A stretch of DNA of 64,000 bases from Histomonas meleagridis 2922-C6/04-290x (taxonomy: Eukaryota > Protista > Parabasalia), in assembly GCA_020184695.1 (NCBI GenBank), contig JAANOX010000280.1, positions 62,001-126,000 of the forward strand, given 5' to 3'. Each line of letters opens with the position of its first letter. The first letter of the stretch is position 1. Shown here piece after piece: positions 32,992 through 44,574 of the stretch. The position numbers and the translations under genes are program-made. A model generated the notes under the pieces. It was not told where the DNA came from. It did no database searches and saw only the letters and a list, made by a program, of their open reading frames with translations.

Positions 32992-35634
32992 TCACCGTGG
33001 CGAAATTGGCGGTGTTTTGACAGAATCTGCTTCATGAATAATTGTATCAATTTCCGTTATTGATAGAAGAGATTCTTTTCCTTTATCATACTTGAGTGCC
33101 CACCTTCTTTCAGAAAGTCCAAAAGAAGGATTAGATTGCAAGAACCCTAAACATTTTCCTGTTTTCATCTCCCATATCGAAACACAGCAATCTTCTGAAG
33201 ACGTCAAAACGATAGGTTGACCGTTAGCTTTGAATATGGAAACCGACGTAACCGCCGCAAGATGTGCTTTCCACTTCAGTATCAACTGGAAAGACCCAAT
33301 CGGCAATTCATTAACATTTGACAGCACTTCCTTTGCTTCCTCTGTTGAAGTCATTACTTTGTTTCCTCTTTGGTTGATTAACGCTTGATATTCGGTTGAA
33401 TTGATTTGCGTTTCGGCCTTCTTTTTATCAGGGAACTGACTAATAACATGTTGCACATCCCACAACCTCAGCTCCCCATTGTTGTCAGCAGTAACCAAAT
33501 ATTTTTCGTAGAATGCTAATCCCAAAATATTTGATGTTGTTGTTCCAATGTAGAAATTCGGCAGCTGCGTCACTGCGTGTGGTTCTTCTGTAATTACATT
33601 CCAGAATGTTATACATCCAAATGAATCAGTTGAACATAATAATGATGAATCATCAACAAATTCAAGGGCCAAAATTTCCGCTTCAACCTTTTGTGGTTTT
33701 AGCACTCCAACACTTTTTAATTTTGATAAATTCCATAATGTTATTTCTCCTTTTCCTGTTCCTACAGCTATTATTAAGTGCTCTTGGTTCACAGCCATAC
33801 ATAATAAATCATCTTTGTTCTCTGTAACTAAGTTTGCTTTTCTTCCATTTGTTTCATTATTCCATAACGTTATTGTACCACCCCATCCGGCGGTTATGAC
33901 CGTTTGTAGTTTTGGTATGTACGATACGGCGGTTATGTCAGATGTATGCTTTCCAATAAAACAAACAACTTTTCCTGTTAGGAAATGTACACATAATAGC
34001 TCACCACCATGACACCCAACAAAAAGAAGTGTTTGTGTATCATCTAAAGATAATGCTGTTATCATTGATGGAGCTATTGATCTAAAGACACTTCTCATTT
34101 CTCCTGTCGACAAATCCCATTGTTGAATGTTTTGTCCACTACAAGTTGTTATCATATGAAATAGGGTATTCACTAATGCATATCTTATTGGAATTCGATC
34201 ACTTTCCGTTGGCTTAATATTTTCATCATACTCATAAAACTGTATCATTCTTCCACCAATTACGAACCTCTTATGTTGACCACAATGTGAAATTGCAGCG
34301 ATTGGTGATGCGCCAGTAATTTGCAATGACCTATTTAACATCTTTTGTGTTGTCTCCGTCAGGTTTACTTTGCTTACGAAACCACCATAAGGAGAAATCG
34401 AAAATGATTGGACAATTGTCATCATTCTTGAGTTGATTATATGAACGTTACCTTTTCTATCAGCAATTATTAGATGTGAAGTATGTGGGATACAAGTCAT
34501 AGCCGAGACTACACCTGTTGGACAATTAATTGTCGACACCACAGATGGAATAAACGGGTTCCATGCTTTAACGGTCGTTTCGTGGGCGGCCGTTACCAAC
34601 GCGTGTAACGGTTCCGAATAAGAAATTGTGTGTATCGGCGCTTGATGTGCTTGTACATGATGTATTAAACGAAGCTTCTTTCTATCCCATATGTTGAGTG
34701 CTCCTGATTCATCACCAGTCGCAAAGCTTGATGAGTTCGGGATAAGTGCGATACATGTTAGTGATGATTCATTCGGAATTTTAATTGATGAAATACAATG
34801 CCAATTCATTCGCGATGGCTTTTCGCCCCAATTCTCAGCAACCCAACAATGAAGTTTGCCATTTTCATTACCAGTAAAAATCGTATGCGTATTCGGATCA
34901 TACTCAATACAAAAATGTGTGGATTCGGGCGTAGGAATGTCTTGCGCAAGAGAATAACTTTGCGTTAAGTTAAGGACTTCAATTCCTGTCGGATAAACTA
35001 TGGCCATCAAACTACGCTCTGGAATTATACATCCATCGAAGATGGCATTCACTGGTTTCCCTTCAAGTTTAATCTTACGGATTAAAGATAGGGACGTTGG
35101 TGAAAAAACAAGAATAAATCCATTGAATGTGAAACCAATGACATGATCATTCATAGAATCATAAAGAAATTTGATGACACCAAAATCACCAGATGGACAT
35201 ATGATCTCTTTCTCATAATGATATTTGACTACTGTGTCAACTCGAGTTTTTTCGCGATCAAATACACAACATGAAGTGATAAACGATAGAAAATTTTGCC
35301 ATTGTATTGAATTTGAGCGGTTGTAATCAATTTGCCTGAAAAAATTAACGAGTTTTTGTACCCAAATTCGCTTTTGGCTTGTGGAATGGGACTCTGGCTC
35401 TGGAAAAAACTTGAGCATTACATGAACAAATTCAGCAAGATTGAGACCTCTTTCTCCTCGAATGTCCCACTCTTTTGATAATTGTTTTAATGTTTCATCA
35501 TTCCATGAAATAAAGGTAAGTATATTGAATTCAGAAAGTGGATCATAATGACTCATCCCTTCGCCTTCCTTTTCTTGCTTCTGTGGTACATCAGGATTAG
35601 CCAGATCAAATGTTACTCTGCTTACTTCCATCAA
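32992..35634 (-). CDS. EF-hand plus WD40-repeat protein (WDR49/WDR64-like, likely ciliary)
   Basis: 'FFRQIDYNRSNSIQWQNFLSFI' is an EF-hand, followed by many GH...WD-type repeats. Confidence 0.75.
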   Translation of the reverse strand: MMEVSRVTFDLANPDVPQKQEKEGEGMSHYDPLSEFNILTFISWNDETLKQLSKEWDIRGERGLNLAEFVHVMLKFFPEPESHSTSQKRIWVQKLVNFFRQIDYNRSNSIQWQNFLSFITSCCVFDREKTRVDTVVKYHYEKEIICPSGDFGVIKFLYDSMNDHVIGFTFNGFILVFSPTSLSLIRKIKLEGKPVNAIFDGCIIPERSLMAIVYPTGIEVLNLTQSYSLAQDIPTPESTHFCIEYDPNTHTIFTGNENGKLHCWVAENWGEKPSRMNWHCISSIKIPNESSLTCIALIPNSSSFATGDESGALNIWDRKKLRLIHHVQAHQAPIHTISYSEPLHALVTAAHETTVKAWNPFIPSVVSTINCPTGVVSAMTCIPHTSHLIIADRKGNVHIINSRMMTIVQSFSISPYGGFVSKVNLTETTQKMLNRSLQITGASPIAAISHCGQHKRFVIGGRMIQFYEYDENIKPTESDRIPIRYALVNTLFHMITTCSGQNIQQWDLSTGEMRSVFRSIAPSMITALSLDDTQTLLFVGCHGGELLCVHFLTGKVVCFIGKHTSDITAVSYIPKLQTVITAGWGGTITLWNNETNGRKANLVTENKDDLLCMAVNQEHLIIAVGTGKGEITLWNLSKLKSVGVLKPQKVEAEILALEFVDDSSLLCSTDSFGCITFWNVITEEPHAVTQLPNFYIGTTTSNILGLAFYEKYLVTADNNGELRLWDVQHVISQFPDKKKAETQINSTEYQALINQRGNKVMTSTEEAKEVLSNVNELPIGSFQLILKWKAHLAAVTSVSIFKANGQPIVLTSSEDCCVSIWEMKTGKCLGFLQSNPSFGLSERRWALKYDKGKESLLSITEIDTIIHEADSVKTPPISPR

Positions 35635-36075
35635 CCATCAAAAAAAAGAATCAAATTCAGGGCACCCCAAAATATGTTTGAAGTAACTCTCATCAAAGTC
35701 TCCAAGCTACCTAATCTATTGTAAAAAATTAAAAAATGCCATTAATATTAATATTAATTAATATTAATTAATGGTGATTTCGTAATGAAAATAAAAATAT
35801 CAAAAAAAAATTCTTTGTTTAAAGATGCACTCCATGGTAAACAATTTTAAATATGTCCGAATGCAGTTTCATAGTATTTAACATAAAAATAAAAATTACA
35901 AATTAACATTAATATATAATTTATTATAAAATAATAAGTTTTTGATGGTAACATTTGTAGTTCACATTTATACAAGTGATGCTATAAATATTCTTCAGTA
36001 CATCCCCTTCAATTAACGACATCCCCCTCTTTTTCAGAACTGTTGATCGGTTTGTTTTTAATTTTCTATCGTCAA

Positions 36076-37806
36076 TCATTTCACTTCATTAATTTCACAA
36101 TTTTCAAGGTTTCTTATTCCGATTGCAAACATTTCCATGAATCCAAGTGCATTTTTTTCTTCTTCCGTAATACTATTTACTTTTATCTGTAAAATCGCAT
36201 CGATATCATTGATCAGATTTTGAGCGCAGGCTTTCAGTAACAACAATTTGTTTAAAGCAGAAGTTTCATTTTCGTTTTTAATTCTTTCGAGAAGAATTTT
36301 AATTAATTCTTTATTTTCACATTTCAATGCCTTTATTAATATTTCAGTTATTAAATTTTGAGCCAAATTATTATTATTTTCCATAATTAATTTATTTTCT
36401 TCGTAATATTCTTTTGTCACGTCAATTAGTTGAGAAAATTCGTCTGAAATCGGAAGACTTTTTAATTCGTTTGGGAAACAACAAATTGTTTCTATTCCAG
36501 GATCATATAAATCAACAAATTTCTTAGAGTTATCATCATTTGGCTCGAAAAAGTATTTGCTTTTTAATTGTTCATAGTTAATATTTTTCATTTTAATTCT
36601 TTTTTTCTCTATAAAAGGTTTTGTAATCGTAATAAATTTAATGTCTCCGATTTTATTAATTATGTCAAATAAAAATTTAATGTAATATGAATAAATAGAT
36701 GTTAAAGGTTTTATAATAAGACTTTGTTCATATTGTGAAAGACCTTTTGGAAGTGTATTATTAGGAATTGTGCTTTGATAATTTGAATCAATTTCTTTAT
36801 ATATTTTCGATGAATTTGTAAGTAAACATGAAAGATTTAAAAATGATATACAATCATAGTAATTATCAATAGCAAAACAATATATTGAACATACTAATGA
36901 TGGAAGTGGTGATGACCAAATTGAATTCATTATTAATGGAAACAATTTATTACATTTATTTTGATCATTTAAATTAATCAAAATTATCGAATATAAACAA
37001 ATGACTTCTAAATCATCCGGATATAATTTTATATGTTTGTCTATAATAGGAATAAGACTTTTCGCTAAATTGGACTTTAAAGATATGTTACGAAGTATAA
37101 AAAGAAGAATTTTTGATAATTTTGAATCGTATTTGTCTAATATTTGTAAAATGTAATTTGCGTCAGTGTTAATTAGTAACGCAAATGATAAAGATAGTTG
37201 GAAATCATCAGTATTAAGATGATTATGAATACAGTACTCGATTTCAGCTGTAGTAAATCTTAATGTGTCCCAAACATTATAAAATGGCGTGTCAATATAA
37301 TTGGTGGATAAAAGCCCATATAAAAGAGGTTGACCTGCTCGATAATATCGGAGCTTGGAAGAGAGAAAAATTTGTTTCCAGTCGGACTCGGTTATGTTTT
37401 CAAGAGTTGACTCATCTTTTAACGATTTTTGGAAATATAAACAACCGCCTGAAATGCCTACAGTAATAATTGCTTCTTTGAGTGAAAATGAATCCCATGT
37501 GTAAAGGTGTCCCTTGGTGATTTTATAAGTTGAAGATCCTGGAAACCAGTTTGATGATTCTTGACGACTAAGTAAACTATAAAAATATGCTGAAAATGGA
37601 GCTTGAGAATCAAGGGGCAAACCACCAAGTGAATGAAAAAATGTTATTGGTTCATTAGAATGATGAAATAACGAAGTTTGAATTTTGTCAATACAAACTA
37701 AATCATCTGGACCAAGACCAGAGTGGCAATCTTCAAGTCTCTTATGTCGTTCTTCAATAAGATTAGGTCCTTCTACTTCATGGAGACCTGAAATTGCTTT
37801 AGACAT
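36076..37806 (-). CDS. ChAPs (Chs5-Arf1-binding; Bud7/Bch1-like exomer adaptor) homolog
   Basis: 'LGPDDLV...FFHSLGG...APFSAYF...YKITKGHLYTWDSFS...VGISGG' parallels the ChAPs N-terminus, followed by TPR-like helices. Confidence 0.7.
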   Translation of the reverse strand: MSKAISGLHEVEGPNLIEERHKRLEDCHSGLGPDDLVCIDKIQTSLFHHSNEPITFFHSLGGLPLDSQAPFSAYFYSLLSRQESSNWFPGSSTYKITKGHLYTWDSFSLKEAIITVGISGGCLYFQKSLKDESTLENITESDWKQIFLSSKLRYYRAGQPLLYGLLSTNYIDTPFYNVWDTLRFTTAEIEYCIHNHLNTDDFQLSLSFALLINTDANYILQILDKYDSKLSKILLFILRNISLKSNLAKSLIPIIDKHIKLYPDDLEVICLYSIILINLNDQNKCNKLFPLIMNSIWSSPLPSLVCSIYCFAIDNYYDCISFLNLSCLLTNSSKIYKEIDSNYQSTIPNNTLPKGLSQYEQSLIIKPLTSIYSYYIKFLFDIINKIGDIKFITITKPFIEKKRIKMKNINYEQLKSKYFFEPNDDNSKKFVDLYDPGIETICCFPNELKSLPISDEFSQLIDVTKEYYEENKLIMENNNNLAQNLITEILIKALKCENKELIKILLERIKNENETSALNKLLLLKACAQNLINDIDAILQIKVNSITEEEKNALGFMEMFAIGIRNLENCEINEVK

Positions 37807-38141
37807 ATAAATAAACGTTCTCTACCATGGTGGAAGCCTCTTTTAAATTGTCATCTTGTTTTCATCCAAAGCATTACCATTACTCAACACAGCCAAAGTT
37901 TGTTCTAAAATATTGATAATTTAATTTATCTCTCATAATCAAAATTTCATTCAGGAAATTTAAATCTTATTTTTTTTGAACAAGTTAAATATATAGTTTT
38001 ATTATGTATTATAAATCGCAAATTTTTATATAAATTGAAGAATTAATCAAAGAAACTTGCAGAATTGGTCAAATGGTCAGGCATTAACGTTCGCATTGTT
38101 TAAAAAACTTTTTCTGAAGTTTATGTTTTTGATTAAAATTT

Positions 38142-38603
38142 ATGTTTCGCCCCCAAAAGAAATTTAGTGCATTAACTATATGCCTGCATATTTTAGCAGT
38201 TCAATTAGCGTTTTACTTAGGATTTTTTGTATATGCATTAATAATTGATGGCATTCTTGGATTGAAATTTTCGTCGAGTCAGATGTTCGATTACAGAAAT
38301 TTCTCATTTCACAAACATTTTGAAGTATCAATTTTAGGAGAACTTTTCAGTGGTCTTATATGTGCATGTGTGTTTTCTTGGATTGAAGGAAGACATCGGA
38401 GAGCTCTTGATTTCATCAGTACAACATATCTCTTTTATTTATTAATTTCATGGGTTCAATATGGATTCCCTTCAACTCTTTTGTGGTGGGTTATATTTAT
38501 TTTATCATTTCTTATTTCGTATTTTGTAGCAAGAAAAATTTCACTTCATTATGAACTTCAAGACATCCAAATCGAACCATTAGTTTTAGACTCATGGAAA
38601 TAA
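38142..38603 (+). CDS. SYS1: Golgi integral membrane protein SYS1
   Basis: 'ILAVQLAFY...SQMFDY...IEGRHRRALDFISTTYLFYLLISW...GFPSTLLWW'. Confidence 0.8.
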   Translation: MFRPQKKFSALTICLHILAVQLAFYLGFFVYALIIDGILGLKFSSSQMFDYRNFSFHKHFEVSILGELFSGLICACVFSWIEGRHRRALDFISTTYLFYLLISWVQYGFPSTLLWWVIFILSFLISYFVARKISLHYELQDIQIEPLVLDSWK

Positions 38604-38702
38604 ATAGTACAATTTTGTATATAAAGTTATGTTCACCTATAACTTATCAATAAATTCTTTCCATATATTAAATCTGTTTTTTTATTCATTGGACATTTTC
38701 AT

Positions 38703-39948
38703 TGTTACCAAATCCAAAGCGAACAAAAAACCAAAAGCAAAGAAAAAGAGCGAAAATCAATCAACCAAAAGTTCATTGGACATTTTTGTTGTTCGTGAAA
38801 AGCGCTAAAAAAAATTTTAATTTTGTTAATAAATAAATAAATAAATAAATATTAAAAAAAGAAATTATGTTTTTGTTTTATTTAGCTAAAGTTCATTATT
38901 AGTATCAAGTTTAGCACGTTTAATCCATTTAGCACTTCCATCAAAAACGCGATCCATAGTACTTAATAAATCTTCTGCTTTTTCGATATGAACGAATGCA
39001 TCTTTGCGTGGATGATAAATCCAAATTCCTCCTTCTTCCATAAATTTAAATGGAAGGTTTTGTGTACCTGCAAATAATAATAATTTACGTCGTCCTTTTT
39101 TTCTTTTAATAATGTAGATGCACCACTTGGGACTTGACTTGAAACTGATAATAAACACATTTGTTTACCTCCAACACAATAATCTATAAATTGATCTGGA
39201 AGTAAAATTTCATTTTCATCTGTCATATCAATAGGTTCGCGAAATCGTTTCTCAAAGAATCGTTCAATACCTTCACATAATGATTTAAATCGAATTGGTC
39301 CATTATAAACTTCACGATGTGTACCATTAAAGAAAACAACACTTGGAATTTGTGTAACTTTAAATGATGAAAAATAAACTTTCATTACGACAAATTCCAA
39401 TACGAACTGGTTTCTTATAAAAATATGTCGAAATTCCACTCCATAATGGTCGTTTCTTGGTCTTGTTAGTAAAGTAAATAGCACTGGGTTGTGAAACAAA
39501 ACTATCAACCCATGATGACGTAACATTCTCTGAAAAGATCTGGAACATACTTAATGCTATTTTTAACTAAATATGATACTTTAAATGGTCCTGTATATGG
39601 AATGTTTTTGTCTTCATAATAAATCCTAAATGATGGGAAATTACGAAGTTCGTACATTTCAACTGGTTTAGGTGCACGGCGAATATTAAGAACCCCAAAT
39701 TTAACCATACCTTCTGTATGTTCTGATGCATTCTTAAAACGATTCATCATTAAAACTGTTTCGTTATCATCATCTGTCATAAACATTACAAACCATACTT
39801 CATTAGGTTTATGTTTAAGAACTTCAGCTTCAAATGTTTTATCAGTAAGCATAACGACTTTACTTTCAGAAGCATTGAGAAATGCAGTGAGAGCAAAGAA
39901 AAAAAGCATACTTTAAAATGGCTGGATGGTTGCTATCGGCTTTTTCCA
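38703..39948 (-). repeat. Inverted copy of 41645-42884 (thioredoxin-like gene plus last about 34 codons of RNase H2B)
   Basis: Near-identical reverse complement, with homopolymer indels and two substitutions at the left breakpoint. Confidence 0.95.
38886..39909 (-). pseudogene. Duplicate of the thioredoxin-like gene, with 3 homopolymer indels (39533-36, 39370-74, 39096-102); may be intact if these are errors
   Basis: The ORF fragments reproduce the 41684-42703 protein. Confidence 0.6.
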
Positions 39949-41683
39949 TTATTTTGACAAATTGGGAGGACATTCAAAAAAGTCCATAATGACAAGACTC
40001 ACAAAAAAACAAAATTTTTAAATTGTGAGCTCATTATTTATTAAAACTTACATTTTTTTGGATAAATAAAACTAACAGAATTTTGTTTTCGTTGATATAA
40101 ATTTAATCACCTATATTTAATGTGTCTCTGAAGAAATCTTAAAATCCTTTCTAAATACGTTTCAATTTTTAATTGTAGTCATAATAAATCAAAGCCTTTT
40201 GTATGAAATTTTGCTATAAATTTGGAAAAAATTAAAAATTATATTCCTTTATTTGCGTAGAAATAGTTTTTTATATTTAAGTGTAATTAAAAAAAATTTT
40301 TAAGGTTCATTCAGACATTATTGACATTTAATATCAATCTCATTTCTAAATCGGAAAATATTTCGTGCTGTTAATTTTTCACATATGACTTAGAAATATC
40401 GAAAATATAAAACAAACACTAATTACAAATCAAGAAATATTAATAAATTTATTTAAAGATGGACAATGTGAAGCAGCTTATTCATTAACAGATAAAAATC
40501 AACATATCCATGAATAATTCATAACTTTTAGTTGCAATTAAAAAAAAATAAAATAAAACGGATGAAAATGTTAATAAAGTTTCTTATTTATTAGAGTTAT
40601 ATTATCAAAAGGAATCAAATCAAAAAATTTATTTCAAATTAAAGAGAAAAAATGTTTTTCAGAATTAATTGGTGGTTTTGTCGTTTTGATTATCGGGGTC
40701 CAATTACATTTAATAAGATACGACGAAACATAATATGCATATTAGGTTTTGAGGGTTTATAATAATATAATTAAATGAAAAATGAATTTGAAAATTTTGA
40801 AAAAACATTTTCAAAAATTTATTATAAATATTTAAATAACAAATTAAAAAAAAAATAAAAATAATTTCGATGAAATTAATCGAAATGACTTCATAAAAGA
40901 AATGAAAAATTCAATAAATCAATCTCATTTTATTATTTAACGAAATAATGATTTCTATTTTTTAAATACAGATTTAAATTTCTCATGTGTTTTAATGTTA
41001 TTTAATTAACGTTAATTAACAATATCACAACTTATATAATAAAAAGTTTTATATGAAGCAAATGATTATAAAAAATATCATTTGAATAAAATAATTATTG
41101 ATGTTATCCGATAATCAAATGGGAAAAAATAATTATAATTATTTATTATTTATTTAGTTGTTCGAACAACTATAGTTTATAAGAGTTGAATGATCTTTTT
41201 TTTTCTTTATAAATCTTTACCATTATGAAAAAAAAAAGAATTCTTTTCAAATTTTTTGGGATATTAGGTATTTTTTAATCTTGAAAAAGACTTTTAGATT
41301 TGTGCATTTTTTAAAACGTAATACCAGGCAAATTTTTTTATTTCAAAAATAAACTAGTGAATGTCTTGACAGACCTGGCATTTATATTTTTATTACATTT
41401 TGCTTTTGGTCCAAAAAAAATATATGCATTTTACTCAGAAATCGTGATCAATAAGTCATCCTCTCTGATGAGTAGATAAATTATGATGATTCGTGGTAAA
41501 AAAAAATTTTCTTATTAAATTAATACCATATCTTTAATTCACTAAAGAAAAAAATATTCAAACAAGCTTTAAGGCATTTAAATCATTTTTATGAATGAAG
41601 TCAAATAAAAAAAAATTATTTCATTTTTATTTTGTGTAATTATTTGGAAAAAGCCGATAGCAACCATCCAGCCATTTTAAAGT

Positions 41684-42703
41684 ATGCTTTTTTTCTTTGC
41701 TCTCACTGCATTTCTCAATGCTTCTGAAAGTAAAGTCGTTATGCTTACTGATAAAACATTTGAAGCTGAAGTTCTTAAACATAAACCTAATGAAGTATGG
41801 TTTGTAATGTTTATGACAGATGATGATAACGAAACAGTTTTAATGATGAATCGTTTTAAGAATGCATCAGAACATACAGAAGGTATGGTTAAATTTGGGG
41901 TTCTTAATATTCGCCGTGCACCTAAACCAGTTGAAATGTACGAACTTCGTAATTTCCCATCATTTAGGATTTATTATGAAGACAAAAACATTCCATATAC
42001 AGGACCATTTAAAGTATCATATTTAGTTAAAAATAGCATTAAGTATGTTCCAGATCTTTCAGAGAATGTTACGTCATCATGGGTTGATAGTTTTGTTTCA
42101 CAACCCAGTGCTATTTACTTTACTAACAAGACCAAGAAACGACCATTATGGAGTGGAATTTCGACATATTTTTATAAGAAACCAGTTCGTATTGGAATTT
42201 GTCGTAATGAAAGTTTATTTTCATCATTTAAAGTTACACAAATTCCAAGTGTTGTTTTCTTTAATGGTACACATCGTGAAGTTTATAATGGACCAATTCG
42301 ATTTAAATCATTATGTGAAGGTATTGAACGATTCTTTGAGAAACGATTTCGCGAACCTATTGATATGACAGATGAAAATGAAATTTTACTTCCAGATCAA
42401 TTTATAGATTATTGTGTTGGAGGTAAACAAATGTGTTTATTATCAGTTTCAAGTCAAGTCCCAAGTGGTGCATCTACATTATTAAAAGAAAAAGGACGAC
42501 GTAAATTATTATTATTTGCAGGTACACAAAACCTTCCATTTAAATTTATGGAAGAAGGAGGAATTTGGATTTATCATCCACGCAAAGATGCATTCGTTCA
42601 TATCGAAAAAGCAGAAGATTTATTAAGTACTATGGATCGCGTTTTTGATGGAAGTGCTAAATGGATTAAACGTGCTAAACTTGATACTAATAATGAACTT
42701 TAG
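41684..42703 (+). CDS. Secretory thioredoxin-fold protein without CXXC (PDI/DNAJC16-like Trx domains)
   Basis: Signal peptide, 'VVMLTDKTFEAEVL...WFVMFMT', 'YELRNFPSFRIY' and further Trx-like repeats. Confidence 0.7.
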   Translation: MLFFFALTAFLNASESKVVMLTDKTFEAEVLKHKPNEVWFVMFMTDDDNETVLMMNRFKNASEHTEGMVKFGVLNIRRAPKPVEMYELRNFPSFRIYYEDKNIPYTGPFKVSYLVKNSIKYVPDLSENVTSSWVDSFVSQPSAIYFTNKTKKRPLWSGISTYFYKKPVRIGICRNESLFSSFKVTQIPSVVFFNGTHREVYNGPIRFKSLCEGIERFFEKRFREPIDMTDENEILLPDQFIDYCVGGKQMCLLSVSSQVPSGASTLLKEKGRRKLLLFAGTQNLPFKFMEEGGIWIYHPRKDAFVHIEKAEDLLSTMDRVFDGSAKWIKRAKLDTNNEL

Positions 42704-42778
42704 CTAAATAAAACAAAAACATAATTTCTTTTTAATATTTATTTATTTATTTATTTATTAACAAAATTAAAATTTTTT

Positions 42779-43588
42779 TTAGCGCTTTTCACGAACAACA
42801 AAAATGTCCAATGAACTTTTGGTTGATTGATTTTCGCTCTTTTTCTTTGCTTTTGGTTTTTTGTTCGTTTTGGTTTTGGTAACAGTTTTCTTTTTGTCGC
42901 TCTTTGTTGTTTTGATGCTTGCGCTCTTTTGAGGACTGTGTTTCTGTGGCTTAAAAATGTTGTCAATGGATTCTGTTGCTTTGCTTTGACTAAAAACTGA
43001 ATTAAAACGCGAAATGGCAAATGAACCCATGATTTTGGTCATGAGAAAATCTTTTAATTTTTGCGCAAGAGATGATGTTAAATAATGTCGAAGGATATCC
43101 CATGCATGTTCAATAAGAATATTGTCTTCTTGCGGAGTACTGTTACGAAGAAAAGGTAAAAGCTTAGTACATCTAGAGTATAACCAATTCATTGTTTTTT
43201 CCTCATCATAAAACCAAACTGTTATTTCCCCATAACAAACTTCTGAACACACAAGCTGAATATAAGGGAAAAAAAGGTCCTGTATTTTTTCATATGGAGT
43301 GTCAATAAAATATTCTTTAAGAGGATACGTTTCTTTTGCCCCTCTATTATGCATTAATGGAAGAACCAAAAACAGAGGATGAATCCTAGCGGCCAAGAGG
43401 GCATTTCCATCTGAAATAATTTCATCACCTATGAAAAATGAAGATAAATTAGAGATTTCAAGAATTTCGAATATTTGTGTATTTTGTATCACAAATGGAG
43501 ATTTCTTTTGGGTTCTTGGGTGTGGCAAAAATATTATTTCTGATTTTTCAGGAAAATTAAAAGGTATTAAAGCAACTTTTTTCTTCAT
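42779..43588 (-). CDS. RNASEH2B: Ribonuclease H2 subunit B
   Basis: 'IFLPHPRT', 'SSFFIGDEIISDGNALLAARIHPLFLVLP' and a basic C-terminal tail with a PIP-like 'SSLDIF'. Confidence 0.82.
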   Translation of the reverse strand: MKKKVALIPFNFPEKSEIIFLPHPRTQKKSPFVIQNTQIFEILEISNLSSFFIGDEIISDGNALLAARIHPLFLVLPLMHNRGAKETYPLKEYFIDTPYEKIQDLFFPYIQLVCSEVCYGEITVWFYDEEKTMNWLYSRCTKLLPFLRNSTPQEDNILIEHAWDILRHYLTSSLAQKLKDFLMTKIMGSFAISRFNSVFSQSKATESIDNIFKPQKHSPQKSASIKTTKSDKKKTVTKTKTNKKPKAKKKSENQSTKSSLDIFVVREKR

Positions 43589-43852
43589 GAAATTCGGCCA
43601 ATTAAGTTCACAAAATAATTTTAAACGTGTTGCGCCATCCTAAATTTTGTGTTTTTGATAGTTGCTAAAAATTTTTTCATCAATTTTCGGTTATAAAACT
43701 CTCGAAAAAATTTTGTCTGATTCTCTTCAAATTATGGGGAAAAATCCATTAAACTTGTTATGGTTTACCGAAGCTAGATATCCCAGGTTTTAAGCAAGAT
43801 ATCCACTGAATTCAGTTTCATCATTTTTAAAATCAAAAAAATTGAAAAAAAG

Positions 43853-43924
43853 AGGGGCAAGCCGGAATCGAACCGACTACCAGAGGATCTGCAATCCTAT
43901 GCTCTACCGGTGAGCTATTGCCCC
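43853..43924 (-). tRNA. tRNA-Cys(GCA)
   Basis: GGGGCAA/TTGCCCC acceptor stem, discriminator U, anticodon loop TTGCAGA, GGTTCGATTCC T-arm. Confidence 0.96.
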
Positions 43925-44253
43925 TTTCGATAAAAATATTACAATTTATTATAATAATTATAAAAAATCAAAATTATTATAATGATCAAAATTTCATATT
44001 ATTTATTGTTATGGATTAAAATTTATATGCTTGTAACTATCATATCAAATGCTTTTAAAAAACCGTATGCAAATTCTTTGAATAGTTATCATTTTATTGA
44101 AAAAGAATTAAATTTATAAATTCGAACAAAAAGGAAATTGTTTTTAAGTGCCATCTATTTTGTACTTATAATAGAAGAAGACAATATCAAAAATTTCAAT
44201 TGAACATATAATTATATCATTAATGAGTCTTTTAAAATTGGCTTATACACGCT

Positions 44254-44574
44254 TTATAGTAGTGTACAGCAAGAGCTCTTTTTTATTAGTGTTGGATTGT
44301 TATTTTCAGTAATGATCTCTTTATCATTTTCTGGTAAAGATGTTTGTCCAGAAACAATTGGAACAAATGTAGGTTGTGTGTCATCGCTTGGAATGTTATT
44401 TTCATCTGAATTAATATTTTCAGAATTTCCAGATTGTGATTTTTTCTGAATCTGTGAAGATTGAGGACTGCTTTTAGTTGGTGCATTAGTATTGCTTTCG
44501 TTTGAAGATGTCTCACTTTCTTCATAATCTATTGGATCATTTCTCAAATCCAATATTTCAGCACCATCAGACAT
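44254..44574 (-). CDS. Small acidic, disordered protein with a C-terminal CCTLL (CaaX-like) motif
   Basis: About 106 aa from ATG 44574 (MSDGAEIL...), Ser/Asn/Glu-rich, ending KKSSCCTLL*. Confidence 0.6.
   Translation of the reverse strand: MSDGAEILDLRNDPIDYEESETSSNESNTNAPTKSSPQSSQIQKKSQSGNSENINSDENNIPSDDTQPTFVPIVSGQTSLPENDKEIITENNNPTLIKKSSCCTLL

Noticed and set aside
35741-35772. ATTAAT tandem/palindromic run
   Set aside because: Low-complexity intergenic sequence.
41440-41500. Possible hammerhead core (CTGATGAG) or C/D snoRNA boxes
   Set aside because: No downstream GAAA or stems, and no properly spaced C/D pair.
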